Shown piece by piece: positions 25,451 to 32,000 of a DNA stretch of 32,000 nucleotides. Origin of the DNA: Acutalibacter sp. (GTDB lineage: Bacteria; Bacillota; Clostridia; Oscillospirales; Acutalibacteraceae); the NCBI GenBank assembly GCA_020025775.1, contig JAHHRN010000003.1, forward strand, positions 27,848-59,847, read 5' to 3'. The notes under the pieces are model-generated. The model had not been told where the DNA came from. It saw nothing but the letters and a program-made list of their open reading frames with translations, and did not search any database. How positions within the stretch are numbered: position 1 is the first letter of the stretch; each line of letters starts with the position of its first letter. The position numbers and the translations under genes are program-made.

Positions 25451-26140
25451 TTAAAGAGAAAGTGCCTCATCGGTAGCTTTTCTGAATCTTGCTGTAATGT
25501 CCTTCGGACGGGTAACAGCAGAGCCGATTACTACAGCGTAAGGATTGGATTCCCAAACTTTCTTAAGCTGACCGACTTCCCAAATACCGCCTTCAGCAAT
25601 AATCTTTGCCTTGCAGGTCTCTGTTAAGGTCTTAATAAAATCATAATCCGGAATGACAGCACCTTTAGTGGAGGCTGTATAGCTGCGGAGCGTGCAACCG
25701 ATATAATCAAAGCCTAAGGAGTCTGCCCATTTGGCTTCTTCCAAGTTGGAAATATCCGCCATGATTTCAACAGAGGGCTTAGCTTTACGAATATAAGCCA
25801 CTAAATCCTCCAGCTTTTCGCCGTTCGGACGATCACGAAGTGTTGCATCTAAGGCTACAACCTCTGTGTCGGTTTCTTCTAAAAGCGCTTTAACCTCTTT
25901 CATTGTAGGGGTGATATAAACATCACTGTCGGGGTACATTGCTTTAATAATACCGATCGTCGGCATATGTACCTCTTCTTTAATGCTGTTAATATCCGAA
26001 ACATAGTTACAGCGAATTGCATCCGCACCGCCGGCTTTCGCCGCCTTTGCCATAAGATGCATAATATTGTAACCATAGAGCGGTTCGCCTTCCACGGCCT
26101 GACAGCTGATAATTAAACTGCCTTTTTTAATATGTGCCAT
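25451..26140 (-). CDS. nanE: N-acetylmannosamine-6-phosphate 2-epimerase-like (NanE family)
   Basis: 229 aa. LIISCQAVEGEPL N-terminal motif and TIM-barrel-like pattern ending GSAVTRP. AAGGAGG lies 7 nt before the ATG. Confidence 0.75.
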   Translation of the reverse strand: MAHIKKGSLIISCQAVEGEPLYGYNIMHLMAKAAKAGGADAIRCNYVSDINSIKEEVHMPTIGIIKAMYPDSDVYITPTMKEVKALLEETDTEVVALDATLRDRPNGEKLEDLVAYIRKAKPSVEIMADISNLEEAKWADSLGFDYIGCTLRSYTASTKGAVIPDYDFIKTLTETCKAKIIAEGGIWEVGQLKKVWESNPYAVVIGSAVTRPKDITARFRKATDEALSL

Positions 26141-26161
26141 AAGTTGACCTCCTTGTTTTTA

Positions 26162-26395
26162 TTAGAAGATTTCCGAAAGATGCAAACGTGCATCTAACCA
26201 ATCTATTACCTTTTCATTATTAAATACATAGCGTTCTAACGCGTAATTTCCGAGATATTCAAGGTCAGATACAAATAAGTGCTCTTTGGACTGCCCGTAT
26301 TTTTTACGAACATGGTTAGAAGATGCGGCAACTACACCGAGCGTTGCTGTAGCTAACACACTGCCTGCAAAATTTGACCATTTTGTTTTTCTCAT
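26162..26395 (-). CDS. Small hypothetical protein with one predicted TM helix
   Basis: 77 aa with hydrophobic FAGSVLATATLGVVAASS. The ATG shares one base with the upstream stop (TAATG), which argues for real translation. No recognisable family. Confidence 0.45.
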   Translation of the reverse strand: MRKTKWSNFAGSVLATATLGVVAASSNHVRKKYGQSKEHLFVSDLEYLGNYALERYVFNNEKVIDWLDARLHLSEIF

Positions 26396-27150
26396 TACAC
26401 ATCTCTCCGTTCTAAAAGAGGAATTACACTGCCGATGTCCTGTAAAGGCCCCGCCGCGGCATTTGCGGCATAAACATGATGGTTTCGAAGAAAGCTTAGG
26501 ATATTTTCATAATCCCTGTGCTGTTTTACATCACCGAAAAAGAGCATCACATCGTTTTTGAGGAGCGTACACGCTCCACCGATAAAGCCATAAGGGAACC
26601 CTTGAAGCTTTACATCGCCTTTATTTAGAAGCAAAACGTCAAAATCTTTTCGCATCGCTTCAAAAATACCGACATCATCTGTCAACAGTGCATTTTTTGA
26701 AACAGGCGCAACAGAACACTTTGTATAGCCCTGTCTACAATTTATTATAGCATATTTTTCTGAAATTGCCAGTTTTAAAAGTGAAGAATCCACAGTTTTT
26801 TTATTACAAAGAAGTGTTTTCCCAAAAGGAAGGCAGTTAAGTGCCGCTTCCTGCGGGTATCCGTTCAAGAGTTCTTCTGCTTTATAATAAACATTTGCGC
26901 CGCGTTCTAAAAGATATGCACCAAGAGCTCTCTGCCCTTTATCTAAATAAAAAGTTTTTTCTGGCAAAGAACAAACAGCACAGTCTGCATGGGTATTCAT
27001 CGGGAACACCAAATGTTTTAAGGGTTCTATATAGTGCAATTTTACGCCGTAAGAAGCAAAAACTGTTTCAAAGGGCTTCGCCCCCTCACCTGCTACGGCT
27101 TCCGTCACGATGCCTTGCGGCACATGCGGATTTTTCAAAAAGGAATCCAT
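26395..27150 (-). CDS. Hypothetical protein with five-fold internal pseudo-repeat (pentein/GME-fold-like)
   Basis: 251 aa. ATG overlaps the radA stop (TAATG). Recurrent C-x-x-x-x-x-K-x-x-L-like modules about every 48 aa: DCAVCSLPEKTFYLD, LNCLPFGKTLLCNKK, TKCSVAPVSKNALLTDD, GGACTLLKNDVMLFFGD. Confidence 0.55.
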   Translation of the reverse strand: MDSFLKNPHVPQGIVTEAVAGEGAKPFETVFASYGVKLHYIEPLKHLVFPMNTHADCAVCSLPEKTFYLDKGQRALGAYLLERGANVYYKAEELLNGYPQEAALNCLPFGKTLLCNKKTVDSSLLKLAISEKYAIINCRQGYTKCSVAPVSKNALLTDDVGIFEAMRKDFDVLLLNKGDVKLQGFPYGFIGGACTLLKNDVMLFFGDVKQHRDYENILSFLRNHHVYAANAAAGPLQDIGSVIPLLERRDV

Positions 27151-28529
27151 TATAAAATCGCCTCAAAGGCTTGACGAATGTTGCTTACCCCTAAAACTTC
27201 CATGTTGACATTCAGCTTAGAACGAATTTTCATTAAATTATATTTTGGAATAATACACTTTTTAAAGCCTAATTTTTCAGCTTCCTTGATTCTTTGCTCA
27301 CAGGCACTGACTGCGCGGATTTCACCACCTAAGCCGATTTCGCCAAACGCTAAAACATCCTCTGGAATCGGCTTGTCCTTAAAACAAGAAGCAACAGCAA
27401 GTGCTACAGAAAGGTCACATGCCGGCTCATCAATTTTCAGGCCGCCGATAATATTTACATAGCAGTCCATGTTTCCGAGGAAATAACCTGCTCGCTTTTC
27501 CAAAACAGCTAAAAGCATGGACATTCTGCCATAATCCACACCGGTCGCCATACGACGCGGTGTACCGAAGCCTGTGGGGGTTACAAGACTCTGCACTTCC
27601 GCTAAAATCGGTCTAGAGCCTTCCATAATACATGCCGTACAAATACCCGATACATTTTGCGGTCTGCCTGAAAGAAGCATCATAGAGGGATTCTCGACCT
27701 CGTGCAAACCGTCATCCAACATTTCAAATACGCCGATTTCATTGGTAGAACCGTAACGGTTTTTAACCGCGCGCAAAATACGATAGGAAAGATTGCGGTC
27801 ACCTTCAAAATACAAAACCGCATCCACGATATGCTCTAAAACCTTAGGGCCTGCAATATTACCATCTTTATTCACATGACCTACAATAATCGTGGGAATA
27901 TTAAGGCTTTTCGCCGTGCGCATAAACAAGTTTGTAGTTTCGCGAACCTGTGTAATACTGCCGCTGGAAGAGCTGAGTTCTTGAATATTCATCGTTTGAA
28001 TCGAGTCTATCATCACGAGATCCGGCTTTTCTGCCGCAATGACTTCGCAGATATACTGCGCATCTGTTTCGCAAAGAAGAAAGAGGTTTTCTGTGGAAAC
28101 ACCGAGACGAGCGGCACGAAGCTTTAACTGGTGTGCAGATTCCTCACCGGAAACATACAGAATTTTCATATTCTTTCCCAAATGCTCGCAAATTTGCAAA
28201 AGCAAAGTGGATTTACCGATACCAGGATCACCGCTCAAAAGAATTAAAGAGCCTTTTACAACACCGCCGCCGAGTACACGGTTCAGCTCTTTAAGCCCTG
28301 TATTGAATCTGTGTTCGTCTGTTGCCGAAATTTCATGTAAATTCTGTACAGCCGCACGGCCGTCTCTGGAAGGCACATAGCTTGCACGTTTTGATTTTCC
28401 GGTTTCTACAACACGCATTTCTTCTTCCATAGTATTCCATTCTTGGCAAGACGGGCACTGACCAAACCATTTTGAGGTCTCGTGTCCGCAAGAAGAACAA
28501 ACGTAAACTGATTTTGATTTTGCCGCCAT
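27150..28529 (-). CDS. radA: DNA repair protein RadA/Sms
   Basis: 459 aa. Zinc finger CSSCGHETSKWFGQCPSC, Walker A GDPGIGKST, KNRYG motif, Lon-like C-terminal domain. Confidence 0.95.
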   Translation of the reverse strand: MAAKSKSVYVCSSCGHETSKWFGQCPSCQEWNTMEEEMRVVETGKSKRASYVPSRDGRAAVQNLHEISATDEHRFNTGLKELNRVLGGGVVKGSLILLSGDPGIGKSTLLLQICEHLGKNMKILYVSGEESAHQLKLRAARLGVSTENLFLLCETDAQYICEVIAAEKPDLVMIDSIQTMNIQELSSSSGSITQVRETTNLFMRTAKSLNIPTIIVGHVNKDGNIAGPKVLEHIVDAVLYFEGDRNLSYRILRAVKNRYGSTNEIGVFEMLDDGLHEVENPSMMLLSGRPQNVSGICTACIMEGSRPILAEVQSLVTPTGFGTPRRMATGVDYGRMSMLLAVLEKRAGYFLGNMDCYVNIIGGLKIDEPACDLSVALAVASCFKDKPIPEDVLAFGEIGLGGEIRAVSACEQRIKEAEKLGFKKCIIPKYNLMKIRSKLNVNMEVLGVSNIRQAFEAIL

Positions 28530-28547
28530 AGCGCACCAACCTTTATA

Positions 28548-29258
28548 TTAAACATTCAAATAATCTATAATTCCCATAGCAATGGCAAACGCCATTTGTT
28601 GTTGATATTCTGCATCCTGCAACTTTTGAAGTTCCGCAGGATTGGACATAAAGCCGCACTCCACTAAAACCGCTGTTTTCTTTGCACGATATAAAAGATA
28701 AATCGAACTTCCCGATTTTTTTATCTGCCGCTTATTTTGTGGCTGTAAAAGCATCTGCACTTTATTTTGAATACAGCTTGCAAGCTCAGGGCTGGTTGTA
28801 GTATTCGGGGAATAAAAAACCTGCGTGCCCCAAAGAGAAGCATCCGCAAACTTGTTTTGATGAATACTTACGAGAACGGCATTTGGCGTTTCATCCAAAA
28901 TTTTCATGCGATTATGGATATCCGAAACTTTTTGCTCTCGAACCGTTTTTGCCTCTGCATCGTGAATGGAATTTTCATCCGTTCGTGTCATGATCGTGGG
29001 AATCCCGAACGCTTGCAGCTGTGTCTCTAACAAACGGGCAATTTGCAAATTGATACCCTGTTCCTCCACCCCGTCTTTAGACACTGCACCGCCATCTTGG
29101 CCGCCGTGGCCCGCATCAATAATCACAACCGTTTGCGAATCCTTTAAAGCTGCCCCTCCGGTAAAGCGAGACGGTGTGGTAGTCTCTATCCAAAATAACA
29201 GACAAACAGCTAAGATGCCTAAAGCACCGGCTATTTTCAAACGAACGTTTCTCTTCAT
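28548..29258 (-). CDS. cwlD: N-acetylmuramoyl-L-alanine amidase (Amidase_3), CwlD-like
   Basis: VVIIDAGHGGQDGGA, VSIHQN and ECGFMSN motifs, with an N-terminal TM/signal segment. The ATG at 29258 (MKRNVRLKIAG) follows AGGTGA; the track's extension to 29327 is unsupported. Confidence 0.8.
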   Translation of the reverse strand: MKRNVRLKIAGALGILAVCLLFWIETTTPSRFTGGAALKDSQTVVIIDAGHGGQDGGAVSKDGVEEQGINLQIARLLETQLQAFGIPTIMTRTDENSIHDAEAKTVREQKVSDIHNRMKILDETPNAVLVSIHQNKFADASLWGTQVFYSPNTTTSPELASCIQNKVQMLLQPQNKRQIKKSGSSIYLLYRAKKTAVLVECGFMSNPAELQKLQDAEYQQQMAFAIAMGIIDYLNV

Positions 29259-29387
29259 ATCATCACCTAATGAACTATATGAAGGAGTTTGCTTTTTTAT
29301 TATAAAGCAATTAAAAGCGCAAAGCAAGAAATTTTGAAAGCTTAGAGTCCTTATTTTCGGACAAACTTTACAGATTATATTTTATCC

Positions 29388-29416
29388 TTGCACAGGAACG
29401 CCTGTCGTGTTATACT
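29388..29416 (+). promoter_or_regulatory. Sigma-A promoter for the ArsC/Spx-family gene
   Basis: TTGCAC, 17-nt spacer, TATACT, about 30 nt before the ATG at 29446. Confidence 0.5.
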
Positions 29417-29445
29417 CCAAGTAATTTACAGAAAGGCGTGATTTT

Positions 29446-29799
29446 ATGATTCTATTTTTAGAATATCCCAAATGCTCCACTTGTAAAAAAGCAAAAGCAT
29501 GGCTCGACGAACAGCATATAGCCTACGAAGACAGACACATTAAAGAACAAAATCCAACTGCGCAGGAACTGGCAGAATGGTATCAAAAAAGCGGTTTGCC
29601 GCTTAAAAAATTCTTTAACACCAGTGGACTTTTGTATAAATCCATGGGGCTTAAAGACAAGCTTCCGCACATGACAGAGCAGGAACAACTTGAACTACTC
29701 GCAACGGACGGTATGCTGGTAAAACGTCCTTTGCTTATCGGTGACGATTTTGTTTTAACCGGGTTTAAGGCAGATGCATGGGCAGAAGCATTAAAATAA
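29446..29799 (+). CDS. ArsC/Spx-family thioredoxin-fold protein (arsenate reductase-related)
   Basis: 117 aa. N-terminal YPKCSTCKKAKAWL (CxxC-like) and LVKRPLL motif. Confidence 0.75.
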   Translation: MILFLEYPKCSTCKKAKAWLDEQHIAYEDRHIKEQNPTAQELAEWYQKSGLPLKKFFNTSGLLYKSMGLKDKLPHMTEQEQLELLATDGMLVKRPLLIGDDFVLTGFKADAWAEALK

Positions 29800-29835
29800 G
29801 GCAGACGAAGCACTTTTACTTTACAGGTAAAGGAA

Positions 29836-29879
29836 AACGACCTTGCAGGACACTGCAAGGTCGTTATTTTTTGTTTTTT
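29836..29879 (+). terminator. Strong rho-independent terminator after the ArsC/Spx-family gene (also the candidate 3' end for the minus-strand orphan transcript)
   Basis: AACGACCTTGCAG-GACA-CTGCAAGGTCGTT (13 bp) followed by ATTTTTTGTTTTTT. The minus-strand reading is followed by a weaker TTTCCTTT. Confidence 0.85.
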
Positions 29880-30327
29880 ACGATTCTTCGTAGTGCAATT
29901 TTAAAAATTACATCTTAAAAACCCACTTTTTAAAGCAGTTACAATCTACTGAAAACTCGTATCGTATTCAATTTTATATCGCCATCCGTTGCGGCTTCGG
30001 AAACACACGAAAATCGTTTTATTTTTGTATTTCTTTAGCGTATCTAACGAACAGATAAATCAAGATTTGTTCTTACGGTAAAATTCTTACAACAATTACT
30101 TCCTTCAATTATTTACCGCAACGGACAGCGAACCCAAAATGCTGCGGGATTTCGCTTTCTGTACAGTACATTGGCATCGCCTCCATAATAATGTAACAAG
30201 GGCTTTTCAAAAACCAAAACCAAGATAGTTCTTTTTAGATTCTCTTCCGATCCGAAGGAATGCTTTTGAACTCCGCTTTCACCGAAGTGACTATCCTCGG
30301 GTTTACTGTGGTTCATTCCCTATGTTC
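29880..30327 (-). ncRNA. Candidate orphan noncoding or small-ORF transcript
   Basis: Lies downstream of the consensus promoter at 30334-30361 and has no long credible ORF. The 5' domain carries nested helices and a UUCG tetraloop. Extent is inferred only from the promoter and the next terminator. Confidence 0.3.
30109..30171 (-). CDS. Candidate 20-codon small ORF (MYCTESEIPQHFGFAVRCGK)
   Basis: GGAGG (rc of 30180-84) sits 8 nt before the ATG at 30171; stop TAA at 30111-09. Two further in-frame ATGs lie upstream (to 30186). Below the size cutoff of the ORF track. Confidence 0.2.
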   Translation of the reverse strand: MYCTESEIPQHFGFAVRCGK

Positions 30328-30333
30328 ACCTTC

Positions 30334-30361
30334 ATTATAGCATGTGTTTGTAAAATGTCAA
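30334..30361 (-). promoter_or_regulatory. Near-consensus sigma-A promoter with no annotated gene downstream
   Basis: TTGACA, 16-nt spacer, TGcTATAAT. Divergent from the DUF1292 promoter across a ~90-bp AT-rich spacer. Confidence 0.6.
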
Positions 30362-30451
30362 TAGTTTTTTTGCATCCTAATCAAAAATTTTATTTAATAA
30401 TTTGAAAATGCGTATTTCACAAGAATTTACGGTTTTGTCATTTATTTTTTA

Positions 30452-30480
30452 TTGACTAACCTTTTATTTCGCTGTACAAT
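30452..30480 (+). promoter_or_regulatory. Sigma-A promoter for the DUF1292 gene
   Basis: TTGACT, 17-nt spacer, TACAAT. Then about 25 nt of leader with GGAGGA before the ATG at 30511. Confidence 0.6.
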
Positions 30481-30510
30481 ATGGATAGAAAAACGCGGAG
30501 GACAAATACT

Positions 30511-30831
30511 ATGAATGAAAATTACAATCCCGACATCGTAACTGTTGTCGATGAAGAAGGCGTAGAACACACCTTCGAAGAATTAGACCGTATTGAAACC
30601 GAAACCGGCAGATATGTTGCTCTTTTACCGGTTTATGACGAAGCTGAAGAAATCTTAGATGATGACGGCGAACTCATTCTTCTCAAAGTTCAGGAAGAAG
30701 CAGACGGCGAAATCTTCTTAGAGCCTATTGAAGACGAAGCAGAATTCAATACTGTCGGTGAACTTTTCGAAGAAAGACTTTCCGATATGTTTGAAATCGA
30801 AGAAGAAACCGATTCTGTTGTAGAACAGTAA
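30511..30831 (+). CDS. DUF1292 (YrzB-like) acidic small protein
   Basis: MNENYNPDIVTVVDEEGVEHTFEELDRIE..YVALLPV.. is typical of DUF1292. The ATG at 30511 lies 8 nt after GGAGGA. The track start at 30481 abuts the -10 box and would be upstream of the likely TSS. Confidence 0.75.
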   Translation: MNENYNPDIVTVVDEEGVEHTFEELDRIETETGRYVALLPVYDEAEEILDDDGELILLKVQEEADGEIFLEPIEDEAEFNTVGELFEERLSDMFEIEEETDSVVEQ

Positions 30832-30868
30832 ATTCACACGTTCCCCTGCCCGATGCGATACATGCTCG

Positions 30869-30981
30869 GTGCAATATTGACCCAACATTTTCTTATGAGG
30901 GAGTCGAAAAATTCCAAGGTGGTGTGCAGACCTCCCGAGTTTCTCGGACGTTGGGAGCACTAAAACTAAGGATAGACACCC
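30869..30981 (+). other. Nested-helix RNA element in the 3' region of the DUF1292 transcript
   Basis: GTGC/GCAC (30869-72 with 30957-60), CCCAAC/GTTGGG (30881-86 with 30950-55), GGGAG/CTCCC (30899-903 with 30932-36), and a small GAG-TTT-CTC hairpin. Confidence 0.3.
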
Positions 30982-31009
30982 ACCTGCTATAAACGAGCAG
31001 GTTTTTATT
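30982..31009 (+). terminator. Rho-independent terminator ending the DUF1292 transcript
   Basis: ACCTGCT-ATAAACG-AGCAGGT (7 bp) followed by TTTTTATT. Confidence 0.6.
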
Positions 31010-31040
31010 CACCGACTACGGTCGGGCGGGGCTTTGAAAC

Positions 31041-31088
31041 AAAAAGAAAAGCTATCAAAAGAATTTATCTTTTGATAGCTTTTTTCTT
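31041..31088 (-). terminator. Rho-independent terminator after mgtE (bidirectional shape)
   Basis: AGCTATCAAAAG-ATAAATT-CTTTTGATAGCT (12 bp) flanked by T-runs on both strands. Confidence 0.85.
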
Positions 31089-32000
31089 TTATATCTTTAA
31101 AATCAAACCTGCAACGCCGAAGTAAATGAGAAGTGAGAAGGCGTCAACAATGGTTGTAATAAACGGGCTTGCCATAACTGCCGGGTCTAAGTGCATCATC
31201 TTTGCAAAAATCGGCAAGGTACAACCGATCAGCTTTGCCAAAATAATGGTTAAAAGCATGGTAATGCAAACAACTGCTGCAACGGCTATAGTCACACGGT
31301 CGACGAGCAAAAGCTTAACAAAATTTGCAGCCGCAAGTGTAATACCGCAAAGGAAAGCCACGCGGAATTCTTTCCAGATAACCTTGAAAATATCTTTAAA
31401 TTCAATATCACCGAGAGAAAGTCCGCGGATGATGGTAACGGAAGCCTGACCGCCGCAGTTACCGCCGGTATCCATAAGCATCGGAATAAACGCGGTAAGC
31501 ACCACGTAGGTTTGCAGTGCCATTTCAAAATGCGAAATGATTTTGCCTGTAAAGGTTGCTGAAATCATCAAAAGCAAAAGCCACGGAATACGTGTTTTCC
31601 AGGTTTCAAAAACCGAGGTTTTTAAGTAGGGCTTGTCCGTCGGGGTAATAGCCGCCATTTTTTCAATGTCTTCGGTATTTTCATCCTGCAAAGCATCCAT
31701 AGCATCGTCGAACGTGATAATACCGACCAAACGGTTTTCCCTATCTACAACCGGAAGTGCCATAAGGTCATACTTTTGGAATTTTTCGGTTACAACTTCA
31801 GAGTCTTCCAAAGTAGTTACCGAAATGATGTTCGTTTCCATGATTTCAAAAATCTTGGCGCTTTTTTCGGAAAGGAGCAAATCCTTTACCGTAACAATAC
31901 CAAGAAGTTTTCTGTTTTCATCGGTTACGTAACAAATATAAATGGTTTCTTTGTCTACACCCGTTCTGCGGATTCTAGTGAAAGCATCATCAACCGACAT
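31089..32000 (-). CDS. mgtE: Magnesium transporter MgtE; N-terminus beyond the right window edge
   Basis: CBS pair (IVTVKDLL.., VGIITFDDAMDAL), then five TM helices with the DTGGN(C)GGQ motif. Full-length MgtE is about 450 aa, so the ATG at 32000 is internal. Confidence 0.9.
   Translation of the reverse strand: MSVDDAFTRIRRTGVDKETIYICYVTDENRKLLGIVTVKDLLLSEKSAKIFEIMETNIISVTTLEDSEVVTEKFQKYDLMALPVVDRENRLVGIITFDDAMDALQDENTEDIEKMAAITPTDKPYLKTSVFETWKTRIPWLLLLMISATFTGKIISHFEMALQTYVVLTAFIPMLMDTGGNCGGQASVTIIRGLSLGDIEFKDIFKVIWKEFRVAFLCGITLAAANFVKLLLVDRVTIAVAAVVCITMLLTIILAKLIGCTLPIFAKMMHLDPAVMASPFITTIVDAFSLLIYFGVAGLILKI

Noticed and set aside
29274-29281. CATATAGT resembling a sigma-E -10 box (CATACAnT) upstream of cwlD
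   Set aside because: It lies only about 16 nt from the ATG, so a transcript starting there would begin at or inside the SD. The position is implausible and the -35 match is weak. The real cwlD promoter is probably further upstream and not identifiable by eye.
28767-29337. Plus-strand ORFs 28767-29030 and 28966-29337
   Set aside because: Antisense to the Amidase_3 (CwlD-like) gene; no SD and no motifs.
30113-30316. 67-aa minus-strand ORF (MNHSKPEDSHFGES...) in the large intergenic gap
   Set aside because: Its ATG abuts the only purine-rich tract (AGGGAATG), leaving no SD spacing. The sequence has no recognisable motif and a composition unlike neighbouring proteins, and it runs straight through the predicted RNA helices. 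It is more likely non-coding.
30239-30327. Possible known riboswitch, T-box or ribozyme in the 5' domain of the orphan transcript
   Set aside because: I looked for the conserved cores I know: T-box GGUGGUACCGCG, TPP CUGAGA, cobalamin B12 box GCCACUG, glycine, purine, FMN, c-di-GMP/c-di-AMP, hammerhead CUGAUGA, and TwoAYGGAY loops. None matched. This is only an unaided visual check.
30718-30960. 80-aa minus-strand ORF overlapping the DUF1292 3' end
   Set aside because: Antisense to a well-supported gene, with no SD and no motif. It is a typical shadow ORF.
31089-32000. M-box (ykoK) Mg2+ riboswitch expected upstream of mgtE, and the ATG exactly at the window end
   Set aside because: The mgtE 5' end and leader lie beyond position 32000. 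The ATG at 32000 falls inside the CBS region, so it is internal. Nothing about an M-box can be assessed here.
1-32000. CRISPR arrays, tRNA/rRNA genes, IS elements, prophage or defence-island genes
   Set aside because: I saw no spaced direct repeats, cloverleaf-type sequences, rRNA signatures, terminal inverted repeats with transposase, or nuclease/ATPase/methylase defence-type ORFs. Every long ORF has a housekeeping or sugar-utilisation assignment.

Overview
This window looks like core chromosome from a spore-forming Firmicute, probably class Clostridia. That placement is inferred from gene content and synteny: dacB-ytfJ-ytfI, scpAB, cwlD, DUF1385-prmC and cdaA-cdaR. I support 35 protein genes, 33 of them on the minus strand, tightly packed and often with 1-nt or 4-nt stop/start overlaps. 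Content is mostly housekeeping:
- spore cortex and cell wall: S11 carboxypeptidase, CwlD-type amidase, NodB deacetylase
- chromosome segregation: scpA, scpB
- translation and RNA modification: prmC, rsmD, an RsuA-family pseudouridine synthase, rplS
- DNA repair: uvrC, radA
- c-di-AMP synthesis: cdaA, cdaR
- coaD, HPr, an OmpR/HisKA two-component pair, and mgtE (N-terminus cut by the window)
- one sugar operon: a GPH-family symporter plus a GH2 glycosidase

I found no rRNA, tRNA, CRISPR array, transposase, integrase or recognisable defence gene, and no convincing novel multi-gene system.

The signals most worth a second look are:
1. The only large ORF-poor gap (about 29.88-30.36 kb). A near-consensus sigma-A promoter fires away from the neighbouring DUF1292 gene into a structured transcript that carries a Shine-Dalgarno-led 20-codon ORF.
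2. A nested-helix element with riboswitch-like alternative pairing between DUF1292 and the convergent mgtE.
3. A 16-bp-arm inverted repeat with a T-tract and an embedded promoter immediately upstream of cdaA.
4. Two uncharacterised ORFs translationally coupled to radA. One has a five-fold internal pseudo-repeat that suggests a pentein fold.

All family assignments rest on motifs read by eye from the translations. No database search or folding computation was run. The supplied ORF track uses the most upstream ATG/GTG/TTG, so I re-evaluated several starts.
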